From contig NC_045703.1 of the NCBI RefSeq assembly GCF_009834535.1, positions 8,370,001 through 8,434,000 on the forward strand: a DNA stretch of 64,000 nt. Direction: 5' to 3'. The position numbers and the translations under genes are program-made. The stretch's first letter is position 1. Every line of letters begins with the position of its first letter. A model generated the notes under the pieces. It did no database searches and had not been told where the DNA came from. It saw nothing but the letters and a program-made list of their open reading frames with translations. Source of the stretch: Camelus ferus (taxonomy: Eukaryota). Shown piece after piece: positions 1 to 12,315 of the stretch.

Positions 1-3000
1 CATTTGAACACTGTATTTTTGTGGTATTTTTTCTTGCCTTTAAGAATTGCAAAATATTTCAGCACCCACTTTACTAAGGTATTTTAATTTTAATCCAATG
101 TGACTTTTTATTGCAAATGAATTTAAAAGCATATTTAACATTCATAAGTAGCATTTTCATTTCCAAAATGACAGCATTTTAGATAATTTGAAATTTCATA
201 TAATAAATGAGAAAGATAAATTCCTTTTTTTTTTTTTTTTGCTAGATAGTAGGCATTTTCTTTTCACTGTGAAAAATATTCTGTAACATTTTCCACATGG
301 AAAAAAATATATTCTCACTTAAGTGGTCCTTTCTTCCTTCTCAAATTTGTATTAAAATATCTCAAAGTGAAATTGTTCTTTGGGGACGATATTTCTTAGA
401 CATTTCTTAAGCTTTTAGCGACCTCCTTGTTGGTACACTGTTTTACTGAGAAATAATGGCCTATCTAGATATTTCTGAAGGGAATGCCATTAGAGTTTTA
501 GGTCGTTAACAACAGAACGCATAATACATAACTGGCACATCAGGTGTTAGTTTATGAAGGATCCTTAAATACATCTTTTAAAGAAGTCTAGGCTGCACAC
601 ACACATAAAAATCACTTGACTGGCTTCAGAAAATCACACATTTTATGCAACAAATTGTGTTGTTTTCAGTCTCACTCTCCACAAGGACTACATTGGCATA
701 AACTCAGAGAAGTTTCTTGCAAGTCTTTGCTCTCCATTATCACATACCATTAGAGTTACCTAAATTTTAAGGCTACTTTTTCAGTTACTTTACCTCAAAA
801 TCTATATTGTAATCACTCCTCTTCTTTTTCCCTAACTCTGCTTTAACATAATCAGATGCCATGGAGCAAACAGGCTATCATTCCTAATTTTTGAAAGAAA
901 CTTTAAAATACTTTTTTCAAAAATTAAGTAAACATGTCTTTTCAAATTATATGTTAGCTTTCAAAATAATATATATTGCCTTTATCATTTACATTAAAAA
1001 AAAACCCATGCATCCAAACAATTTAATCACCCCAGTATTCATCCTAAACAAAGTAATGCAGGTAACTGTCTCCAGAAACTGTGTATGAATGGAATTATTT
1101 CATAAGTTCATCAACAAGTTGTATCATTATCCAGGAATCTAAACCATTTGAAATAGTTGCTCTTACCAATCAACAGCTTATCAACTCAGTTACTTATTCT
1201 AAAAAAAGAAAATTATCCTTTGTTAAAAATTAAAAAAAAACCAAAAACATAAAACAAGACCAGAAAGAAGGAAGTCAAGTAGGGTACAAACCAACGTACA
1301 TTCTGCATTAATCTTCATAGAAGACAGAAGTAAATTTTAACGTATCAAAAGAAAATATAATCTCAGATATCAAAGGAAAAAAACGACATGATGCTATAGT
1401 CCTAAGAACACCACTGAAATCAATCTTAAAGCTAAATTCTGTCTAGTCCATTAATCAAATTAGAAGCTTACTTTTAAACATATTTGAGGACACACAAAGA
1501 TGTCAGATGAACTTTTCAGTTTGAAATAGATTCATAATAAGATGACGGCAGACAGCATCATCCTTTATCAAACGTCCCAAATCACATAGTAACATCATAC
1601 AGCCAACCGGATGCATTTCAATTATAGACGAATATGTAGATATAACAATACATGTATGTTGTCAACTTTTTTTTTTAATATGTAGGTACAATAATACATG
1701 TATGTTGTATCTGTATAACTCAAGATCAGAAAGTTCAGGAACCTCAAGTAACAAGCGTTTCCTAATGTATTTGTGATATTAAATATCAAAATAACTCCAC
1801 CAATTCCATCCTCAGTCATTCCTGTCTTCCCACCTCAATTCAATCCTTACAAATTGATGATTTCTCTGAAAGACAACCGTGAGTACGAATATCACAGACA
1901 GTAATGCTGATTGATATTAACAATAGAACATGAGCTTTTGAAAAACCAAAATCCAAAATCCAACCCATCTGATTCTGTAGAAGCAATTCTTATTTCCACA
2001 GAATAATAAAAGTGTAATCTCACTGCATGAGAATTATAGGCAGTGCCTTTTATGCTTATGAGCCTGAAGTGCTTTAGCAGCTGGAGGAAATGCAAAGAAT
2101 TTTAGGAACACATGACTTTTTGGTTATCAATCTTTAGCGAAATATGACCAAGGATACTATGTTTGCAGCTAAACACGAGAATCTGTTGTTTTAGTTGTGC
2201 AACAGGAGTTCATGAATGGGTAATTTCAATAAACACCAAATTTCATTTTTAAAGTATATTTTAAAATAATTTCCTCTAAGCTCTTACTGATTACAGTTTT
2301 AAAAACATTTATTATGAATTATCTTCTCAAAATGTTCCCAGAGAAAAAGTTTGTTAAACACATGAATAGAGAATTTCAATGAATTAATTGCTATTTTAGA
2401 AAAGAAAGTCAGAGTTTCACATAGCCTCATATTTTCCTGATTAACTAAATGAAGACCCTTATAATAACCCAGAATATTAAAGCAAGATATATCAATGGGA
2501 TGTATGATTTTAAAAAGTAATACAAATCCAGAGTTATTGGAGCAGCATTTTTCTATCAGTAAGTTGATACTTCTTTAAACCTACACTAATTTTTCTATAA
2601 CCAAGTACTCTCTGACAAACTCTGCTGTATCAGTCTTTGAAACGATGTATTTATCTTCTTAGACCCTTCACATTTCTGTGATACATTCAGTAAAGCACTT
2701 CCAGTGAGTAAAACACACATACCCAATGCCCTCAGTATAGAAGGGAATATACAAGGTTTACATCAGCAACAACCAACACTGTTGGAAAAAATATTCAAAA
2801 TGTTAACCTTTCAGTTGTTTCATAGGGATGGAGATTTTCAATCCAAATATAAGTCCGCCGCATTTATATTATAACCCCAAATTAAACAGCATTTCAGCAG
2901 ACTGCTTAACAAATCTCTGGTAAGATTTATGTGATAACATATACTGATAACAAGTCATTTCACCTACTGAGAAATGGGATAGCACCTTGGGTTACATGAA

Positions 3001-3672
3001 GAAAACAGTGATCCATTTAAGCCAGTATTTAAATCATCTACCTAGGTAATTTAGTGCATTTAATTTCCACTAGCAAAACACTCTTTCCCTCCACACCCCC
3101 CAAATCCAGTGCCCTCTTTTTTTCTAGGAGAATAAAACATAATGTGTATATGCTTAAAATCAGGGAAATTTTAAGTGACTTTAACTGTTAAAAAAAAAAA
3201 ACAGTAAAATGTGTGCTCTAAGTCATTTTTCATCATCAAACCTGTATAAAAAGTACAAGATATTGCAGATGAGTTAAAATAAAAATACTAGCAAAGCCTT
3301 TAATATAATCAAGCATTTCATTTGAAAATATTTTTAAAACAAGGTTAAATAAGTCTTCTTTTAACACATAAAATACCATGTTGTACCTGAAGGTTTTTAA
3401 ATTTTATTTTCTTTCTTTGTACCTTTGGAAAAAGTATCCCCAGGGCTCAATCTGTTCTTTGAATCAACCTTCATTCACTCCCTCAGTAGAAACAGGGTAT
3501 ATACCGTGAACTGTTATAATTAGGTGCTGGGAATAAAATTCTAAGAATCTTGAATTCCTAGGATTCATCAAACTAGATATAAAATGAAAACACTACTCTA
3601 TTAATAAAAAGGTATAAAAAGTGGTGGCTCTCAAATCCAAGACTTTGGCAAAGATCTCTCTTTATGGGATAC

Positions 3673-3785
3673 CTTGTTCTATACTGCCACTTCTCACGGG
3701 CACTTGTGGGAGCTGCCTTCCCCTGCGACTGCTGAAGGCTGTGTCTGCGGGCGGAGACTGGGCTGGGCTTCCTTGACGGTGCATT
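3673..3785 (-). CDS. RIMS1: RIMS1 exon, 113 nt: MHRQGSPAQSPPADTAFSSRRGRQLPQVPVRSGSIEQ, containing the RIM-BP SH3-binding motif RQLPQVP
   Basis: Acceptor ttttttcccctgcag, donor gtatcc; phase 2 to 1. Confidence 0.96.
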
Positions 3786-4880
3786 CTGCAGGGGAAAAAA
3801 CAAAGCAGGGCAAATGAAACGATGAAATCCCAAGAGGACCCAACAAAAATCTTTTCCTTCTATCTGTTACTATTAAGACAGACATAAAACCCCTAAATGG
3901 GCCTTTGGAAGCAAAATCAAATACTTCTTACGTGTAAAAGGAATATTACAAAAAAGGGCTAAAAGAGACGGGACTGTCTGCTACACGTATTTCTGCAGAA
4001 TGAATTCCTGAATGGGGCAGAAACAAACTCAATTCTTTACATTAACTTTCCACAAAGCTGTGGCTTTCTGTTAAGTTATCTCCTTTTGGTAGGCTCAACC
4101 CAAAATATCTACTTACAGCCTCTGAGTTATCACAACATGGGTAAATTATTTAAGAAAGGCTGTTGCCTAAATTGCAACTATTAAATCTGTATTTATAGCT
4201 AGAATTATTTATCAGTGATAACAATAGTTCTAGCTGCAGACTTTTATAAATTATCATTCACTTGTACTTTATTTTTAAATAGGAAAAACCGTGAAAGATA
4301 TTTTTAAAAAATAACCATGGGCACATACTATGAAATATACTGGTGCAAAGATCAAAATTGTAAAAACAAATTTAAGAAGTGTGGAGATACATTACTACTA
4401 TACAGGAATCAGCTGACCTCCATCTGCTGGCATTCAATTTTTTTTTTTTTTTTTACCTAAGAACTCTAAAACACTAAGAGTTTATTGAACAAAGATGAAA
4501 AGCATTTTGTTTCTAATTCCTCTTACAACACTTTTTTAAAGCAAATACACATTTAATTCCAGGTAATTTCTTATAAAGAATTTCACATAATTAAAAAATA
4601 TATATGTATATATGAATATGCCACAAACAGATGGAAGGACATAACACAGCCAAATTTAATTTTCAATGGTAGCTAATTGGCAGGAACTAGAGAATACCAC
4701 CAGCACAGTGAAGAGAGATGCAGGTAAGAGAGGAGGTGGGAGAGGTTTAAGTGTCACAAAGAAAGGGTTAAGAGTTATGGTGTCGTAATGAGTGAAAGCG
4801 TCGTGTGCTCAGGAAGGTACAACACCACACCGACACCCGGAGGCAGGACACGGATGCTGGGCTGGACACTGAATAACGAC

Positions 4881-5063
4881 CTTGTCAGAAGCGGAGAAGG
4901 TGGCGCCGACCCTCCGGGGGCAAGGTGGTAGGTAGAACACAGTGTTCTGACACTAGGGTGCTCACTCGACCTGGAGCGAGCGGGATGCCTTCCCCTAAGG
5001 ACTGGCTGATCAGTCGCTCTTGGGGCTGCGTATCCCCTTCTAGAAAGACATGGTGGGAGAACC
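4881..5063 (-). CDS. RIMS1: RIMS1 cassette exon, 183 nt: VLPPCLSRRGYAAPRATDQPVLRGRHPARSRSSEHPSVRTLCSTYHLAPGGSAPPSPLLT(R)
   Basis: Acceptor ctaatgttttag, weak donor gtcgtt; 61 codons, phase 2-2. Confidence 0.93.
4934..4948. promoter_or_regulatory. Perfect GR/AR/PR/MR-type palindrome AGAACA-cag-TGTTCT inside a coding exon
   Basis: Exact consensus match; function untested. Confidence 0.35.
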
Positions 5064-6923
5064 CTAAAACATTAGGGTCAGAAAAGATCCTCAGTCAGCA
5101 GGTTCACATTAACTTTTGATACCCCAACACATTTTGTCCAAGGAAAATCTGGTTACTCTTAACAAGACAGTGATTTTAAAACCCAGAAGAAAACCCATCA
5201 CACGGTTACTGAAAAGGAATTCAAACCAAACTGATGAGTTCTCGCAGAGGGGCATGCCGTGTGGTTTCGAGAGGGCACATGTAGAGCCCCCCCAGCGTAA
5301 TGAACCTCTTTTAAGTTGCAGAGACTTCTGTCTCTTGTCTCTGACTGAGCTGTATCTCTAGTGCCTAGAACACAGCTGCACAGAGAACAAGACCTCAGGA
5401 AAGTTATCTCGATTGAATGCGTGAGCACAATCAGAATAATGAACCCCAGGATACTCCAAGCACTTGCCTGCAAGAAACAGTGCCCTGGGGGAACTCTGCA
5501 TGTATTTTTACAGTGTTCATAAATTTACTCTGCAATAAGGAAGTCTCTTCCAAACAGGTAGCTAAAGGAAGATGTCTTCTGAGGTTAATTTAATTAGATA
5601 AACAAATTAAAATGATATAACAAGATGGGGAATGCTTCATTTTTGAACCGACTAAATGCAGGTGGCTGATATATGGGTAAAAACATGTCCTCTAAGGTCT
5701 AAAAGTATCTGAAAGAATATTTGTCCATGCATGGACAGTTATCTTAATACAGAATTCAAAATTATTATGAAGCCAATTCGGAGTTAAGGATTGAGAATTA
5801 AAAACTAATATTTATATGTGAATTAAATATATGTATTTAAAACAGATACACGTTTTTGCTTTTTTCATCATTTTCAGTATGTATTTTAAATAAAACGTGT
5901 ATTTAAAATACCTAATCTGTATTATTTTTTACAGTGACAGGAGCCATGAAATAACACTTCATCCTTTTGAAAACAATGCTGTAAAGTTAATTAAGCAGTT
6001 TAAAGGGTGTGAGACTAGGGAAGACTCATCAGTCACAGGAAGTATGTTAATTAGTAGGTGCTCTGCTCAACTTGCGTTCAGATTGACAGTTTTTCCGCTA
6101 AGTGAGTGACGTTCACAGCTCTGATTATTTTGACACAGGGTATCTCCTTTATTTCCGAGCAATAAAATGGTAAGATACCAGGTTTTAGAGCCAAAAAGGT
6201 ACAGCTTAGGTCCTCAATGTGCATTTAAATCCCTGAACTCGGGGTTAATGCTCTGTCAGACCCCAAGGCAGATTCTGCCACCTGGACTGTCCCTTCGATT
6301 TCCAGATTAAAAGAAGACAGCGCTGACAATACATATCAAAACTGTTCATTCATCTTGGGTTGATCTTTCACGTTAACTCAGTTCTACAGAATTAATTTAT
6401 GCAGGAAGGACTGTGGGATGGAGTCCCTTCCAGTGATAAAGAATGAATTTTCATCTGTTATTCTTTCAAAGGCATTATTATAAGAATAAATTTCAACACA
6501 CTCTTTGCTCAAAAGACATGGCTTGAAAATCGAATAATACCGTTTTCACCCGAGGACTGAGAAATTTCACAGATATTGCCAATTTCACTAAAACCTGGTT
6601 TCATTCCTGAATGCAGTTCATAAGCACTTAAAAGGACTTCTTAAACATGACTTGAAATGGAATATTTAGGTTGGCTTTACGTGGTACCAAACTAAATGGC
6701 AAAAATATAAGATGCAATTTCGAGGCCAACACGCGGCTTTCTAGATGAATGTTGCACAGATGGAGGCTAAGTCACTTAGCGATCTCACAGCCCGAGCCCT
6801 GAGCTTGCAGGGCCTGAGAACGACGGGTTCTATTAGAGGTTAATCATTTAGCACCAGGTCTGTTTTTCGTCTGACATGAACTAAAAGTCCCTGCATACCA
6901 GAATGGTTTCTGCCACCAAACTA

Positions 6924-7035
6924 TTAAAAAAAAAAGCGCAGGCCAAAATAAAAAAGAAAACTATAAAAAAACTATTTAAAAACTATAAAAAAAAAAAAAA
7001 AAAACAAACTATTACAGAAACTAGTAAAAAAGAAA
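6924..7035. repeat. A-rich tract with aaaaactat sub-repeats
   Basis: Visible directly in the sequence. Confidence 0.75.
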
Positions 7036-7439
7036 GAGCAGACCAAAGGAGCAGGGCACAGGAGCCACTGCCTGAGGACAAGCGAGGTGGGTGGCGGCAA
7101 GGCTGAGTCACAGGGAGGGAACCGGAGGAGAGGGAAATGCAGAACCAGGAGGGAGAGAGACGTGCAAGGATTTGGAGGAAGAGTGATGGAGCAGAGTAAA
7201 TAATTTGTTTTAGGCAAGAGGGAAGGAGGACTGATCAAGAAAGTCTGAGGGGCAGGAGTGCAATGGTGAGAGAACCCAGGCTTTCAGGTGAAACGGGGTG
7301 TCAGAGGGAAAGAGATGAAGGACCGCCGCATTAGACGATGGGACGGGGAGGGATGCGGGATAAAGGAGGGTGACAGCGTAAGCCCCTTCTTACGGAGCAT
7401 CAGTACGGAGCCGGGACTAGTGCGCACGCGTGACCCCGT

Positions 7440-7620
7440 GCGTGGCGGTGTACGTGCCCCAGACGTAAGCACTTCCGTCCTCTCTTTGCATGCTCACAAC
7501 AGCTCTGAGAAGTGTTACGACTCCCCATTTCAGAGGGAAAAACCGGGGGTCACAGAATGACTTGCAAAGGACAAAAATGACAAAGGCTGGACCCAAGCAG
7601 GTTTATCACCTCCAACACTG
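7440..7620. mobile_element. MIR
   Basis: ctcacaacagctctgag...ccccatttcagagggaaaa...acttgcaaagg core. Confidence 0.5.
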
Positions 7621-9465
7621 GCTCCCCTTCCACCTTTGAGATAGGATTTGCTCCCATGTCATCTCACACCCCTGGATGTGCTGTTAACTCTTGTAAAACA
7701 AAATGCAAGTATATGTCCAGGTATCAAATCGTTTGACAAGATTCAACAGAATTGTCTCTTGATAATTTATAGGAACCAAAAATACGGAAATTGGTATTTA
7801 ATGAATATCTACTTTGCTTTTGTGTCCGTACATATTATATTTTTAAACAAAAATAAGGACGTTTCTAGAACAAAATTGCAATTCAAACCTATATCTGACT
7901 TTAGTTCACCATCTCCAAACTCATATTTAAAGATTTAAAGATTTCCCACTGAGTTCAATCCACACTTACTCTCTTCACCTGAGACTCGTGTTTTGACTTT
8001 AACTTAAGTAAAACACATTTCCCACCAAAACCTTAGACATTTCTGTTGATGCAAGTCGACTTGTAGTAAATTGCTTCTATTGCGGCTTAAAATTATAGGT
8101 CTGGGTTATAAAAAAAAATTACTTGTTAAAGGGTAGACATGCATGTGGTATTTAAGGCCAAGTGTCCAAGATGGTTCCCCCAGTCATGGCCACTTCAGGG
8201 CTACGTGGACCATTTCCGATAGCAGCTGTGCAATGTAGGATGCATACTGAAGCAATTCTAAATACTAGTCCTGACAAGACATCCCCAGGTAGGACGCAGT
8301 GTGCGGGTTCCACAAGAAAGGTACCAGAGGAGGATGCAGCAAGGCGAGCTGAATTCACGCGAGGGTGAAAAGTCTCACTCTTATTTACTGGGGGCTTCCT
8401 CAGAGGGTCTGAAGTCTGCTTTCAATGGCTGGATACCAAATTCAGAAGTCAGTCCTGCCTTTCTTCTGTCCAGAATTGGTCACCATATCTTTCAAAATAT
8501 TTTTGTACAAGGCTATGCCTCAAAAGGTCAAATTTTGTGAGGCCAACTAAAGGCCTTTACATTTATGATAATTACACGGCAACTTTTGCTAGAAGCCAAG
8601 GTATGACTGTGGGATGTGATTCCTCTGGGGAAGTTGTTAATTCCCACAGGCCAAGACTCAGTGTCCAAAACTTTCATACTGTGACCTCAATTGACCTGTA
8701 GTTATATGTCAACTCAAGGTCTCTTCTAAAGAAATGAGAGTAATGTAAACCTAGAAAATGCAGGCCAATTCTTCCTTTATAATTAGCTATTCAACAACTC
8801 ACTTAAAAGCTAGGCATGCAGTTTATACTCTAATAAAAATCAATGTAGAGATTTAATTATAATCAAGTAAATCCACACACCTAAAAGGTTTCAGTTTTCT
8901 ATATTAAAATCTACAAGCAGAGGAAGTAATAAAAGAGTAAGATGAATATGGTCCTTAAGCAGCAAACACTTGAGACTGGAAGGCAATCAAATCCTTGCTG
9001 TTCTTATTGGAGGGAGGATTCGTGTTTATCTACAAACATTTTCAGGCTGCAGAGGAAAATGCTCAAATATCTGGAGTTAAACACCTTCAGTTGACTCTAG
9101 AAACATAGATAACATTTTGTACAATGGTATCCTATTGTCAAAAAAATTTGTTCATTGATACATCCTAAATACACAACTGCACATAGTTGTCACTCAACTA
9201 GTAACTGTGAAATGTAAGGAAGCCAGAATGCACTGTAGAGAATATGAAACTTTAAGGAAAAATTTCAATCTTGTCAAAACAATTGAAATTGTGAGTGCAT
9301 ATGATGGGGGCTGTAAATGATGGCTGAAGACTGAAGACTGTCTAAAGGAGCTCAGATCATTTAAATGCTGGTAGAGAGACTGCAATTAGCTGTGTTGACA
9401 GTAAAGAAAAGAATAGGTAAGCATACTGTTTACGTATTAGTATTGTTTCATTAAATTCTTCCTGT

Positions 9466-9785
9466 TTGTCCATCTATCTATCTGTCTATCTACTTATCTG
9501 TCTACCTGTCTATCTACATATTTATCTACCTATCCATCTACCTGTCTATCTAACTACCAATCTATATGTCCATCTGTCTATGTTTATCTGTCCATCCATA
9601 TCTGTCTGTCCATCTGTCATCTGTATATCTGTATGTCCATGTCTATCTACTATCTGCCTATCTATTTACATTTCTGTCTATATGTCTATCTGTTCATCTG
9701 TCTGTTCATCTGTCTACCTATCTACCTGTCTGTTGTCCATCCGTCTGTCTATCTATCAGTTATCCGTCTGTCTATCTGAACAGCT
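9466..9785. repeat. Degenerate (TCTA/TCTG/TCCA)n low-complexity tract
   Basis: About 320 bp of 4-nt-period units. Confidence 0.92.
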
Positions 9786-10149
9786 ATGACTCTGTGCTCC
9801 ACTTTCTTCCCCAGAGCCCAACATTTTTGTAAAACTGAATTTCTACTTAACAGGTTTTTTAGTTCCCAGGACCCTTGTTTCATCATAAGTTAGGTTCCCT
9901 AAAGGATCAGTATCTCCGTAGACCATTAGCCAGGAACAAATTCCATCCCTCTTTACCCACAGCCCTTGAGGTGACTAATTCTTACTGATTTTTCTGACCT
10001 CAATTCGGAGGCAACATCCTCTGGGAAGCTTTCCAATTTTGCTGCTTACTATTTTATTCCTTCAACTTAACACACAGCTGGGCACATAGCTGTTAATTGA
10101 GCAAATCACTAAGTTGTGCAGATTCCATCTCGACCAAACCTATTGTGAC

Positions 10150-10705
10150 AGCCTGGCATCTACCCCTGGCTTTTTCAATCCACCTTCCAAACTGCGGTTA
10201 AAGTGACGTGTAATTTTGGAACTCAAAACCAACCATCACCCTCCCACATTTAAAGCCTGTCAATGTCTCACAGATGAATAAAGTAAGGTGAAGTTCTATG
10301 GCCTGGCCTGCAAGGTCATATGTAACCCAACCTCCAAGAATTCCTCCAGGTCTGTTTTCAGCCCTCTCTCCCATCTCCTGAATCCTGTTCTCCCTCCCAA
10401 AGTAGGTATGGTTTCTCCAAACTCAAGGGGATGTTTCAAGCCTCAGTATTTTTTCCTATTGTTCCTTTCTCATAGACCACTCTGTTCTTCATGTCCTTTC
10501 ATACTCATGTCCTTTCATACGGCTGCATTAGCTTGTGTTACCTGTTTAGGAACTATTTCCCAATCTCCTCTGCAGCCCACTTGTCCCCTGCATTCTCACT
10601 GTACCTTGTGCGCACCTCTGTAGCAGCTGTGACAACTGGATGCACACATTCACTTCCATCCATGTCACCCCGCCTACTCTCAATACTTGTTGGATGAGTG
10701 AACGT
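10150..10705 (+). mobile_element. L2 fragment
   Basis: Pyrimidine-rich L2 3' region ending in ttgttggatgagtgaa; boundaries approximate. Confidence 0.6.
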
Positions 10706-11325
10706 ATGTTAATTGGATTTTTGGTGCTTTTTTTTTTTTTAACAGTTTTTTAACAGCTATGTGAAAAAACCTATCAGTATCTTGCACCTAAATGTATTTC
10801 AAAAATTTGTAGAGCTGAATGAACTGCAGACAAAAGATCTACATTAACTCAACAAATATCTTTGATTATAATATACAAGTGGACTCTTAGATTATCCATT
10901 TGCAGAAAAGAGGTTTTTAAGAAGATGGTGTTATTCAGGTAAATAACAGACACTCAAAATATTTGCATATTTCAGGCCAGATATTCATTGGTAACGTTTC
11001 AGTCACCTCAGAAACGAAGTTTTAATATCTTAATATATATATATAGGAGTGCACTGAATTTAATCCTCTTCGTAGACAAAACTATGATTAGAAGAAACGG
11101 ATGAGACTTTTCTTAAGCCCTAGGACTTCAGGGCTGCCTTCAAAGTACCTATTTTTTTTTTTTTTTTTTTGAATGAGGCTACTCCCAAATAGGAGATTCA
11201 TTTACATGAACGTCTTTAAACATCACCATTTGTGTTTAAGCACGGATCACATAAAATGAGAGTGCAGGCGCCCCAGAATGCGTTAGTGAAACGGAAGATG
11301 CGGCACGGCACGACAGCAAGCCTAC

Positions 11326-11397
11326 CTTTCTGCATCAGAGGCAGTGCCTTTCCTAGTCTGTTTTTGGATGCTAGATCTTTCAGACTTTCTGGAGTGC
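11326..11397 (-). CDS. RIMS1: RIMS1 cassette exon, 72 nt: HSRKSERSSIQKQTRKGTASDAE(R)
   Basis: Acceptor ttcatcccacag, donor gtaggc; phase 2-2. Confidence 0.94.
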
Positions 11398-11674
11398 CTG
11401 TGGGATGAAATGTTAAAGAAATACAAAATATATGATGAATAAAGCTACAGTCATCTCATACAATGATAAAAAGCAATAGATGTGAAAAATGGCAACTATT
11501 TTTACCGACTATTTTCAAATAAAATTAAAATAAAACTCAGGACTGATGCTGTGTGGAAGACCAGGAGGCACAAGAAGCTGACATCCCGTCAGTCTAGACA
11601 AGTGAGTCTACACTTGTGATTTCACGGTGACTCCCGCTGACCACTGTGCCTCCCCTGAGGAGTAGACAAACTTG

Positions 11675-11753
11675 ATGATCAAACTGGTGAAACACGGTGA
11701 TGGTAAATGTGATGACAGTCATGGGTGAGGTGGTGAAGACCACAAACGGGTGA
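11675..11753 (-). promoter_or_regulatory. YCAY cluster (putative NOVA site) about 280 nt upstream of the 72-nt exon
   Basis: 11 YCAY tetramers in 79 nt on the transcript strand. Confidence 0.55.
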
Positions 11754-12315
11754 CGTGTCCTCCACTTTTACAGGCTGAAACTGGGTGCTCCAAAGAGTTT
11801 TCCCTTTGTTTTTTGTTCTTTTTTTCTCCCATAAAATTATGAAGAGAAGAAAAAGGCTATAGTAAAATGTGTTGGACATAAATAAAAGTATTTAAAAATC
11901 AACTGTTCAAATTATTTTAAAAAATTATCATAAAGGTACTTTTGCAGCATTTTAAAAAGCTAATCATAGATCACAAATCAAAGAATTAAGTTCCCAACTT
12001 ATTCCACATTCTAGAAGTACGCATGTGCATTGAATATTCAAAACTTGAAATGCATTTTCCCATAGAAATAATGTTTATACATAGAGTTTACTTCCCCAAG
12101 GTTGCTTACATATGCCTATTTAACCTAAAATGTGTCTGGACTATTATCTATTTGAAATAAACTTAAAAATTTTGTGATCAAGAAAGTCACACTCAAAAAA
12201 AGAGAAACCATAAAAATTAATATATTTTTATCTCAATAATTGATTATCTACAATTCATCCTTATTTTTCTTTTCTGATACCGCTTCCTTCCAACAATGTT
12301 AAGGAGAAAACTGTG

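Noticed and set aside
6903-7238. Lys-rich and Phe-rich ORFs
   Set aside because: Produced by the poly-A tract.
8152-8540. Overlapping 68-79 aa ORFs on both strands
   Set aside because: No homology recognised and no coherent splice-site pair in phase with RIMS1.
9466-9832. 107-aa and 88-aa ORFs
   Set aside because: Translations of the tetranucleotide low-complexity tract.
10489-10520. 16-bp tandem duplication tcatgtcctttcatac
   Set aside because: Ordinary slippage inside an L2 fragment.
11595-11654. Exon starting at ctcctcAG (11655-11656) after the YCAY cluster
   Set aside because: In-frame TAG after 20 codons and no good donor; only the YCAY cluster is kept.
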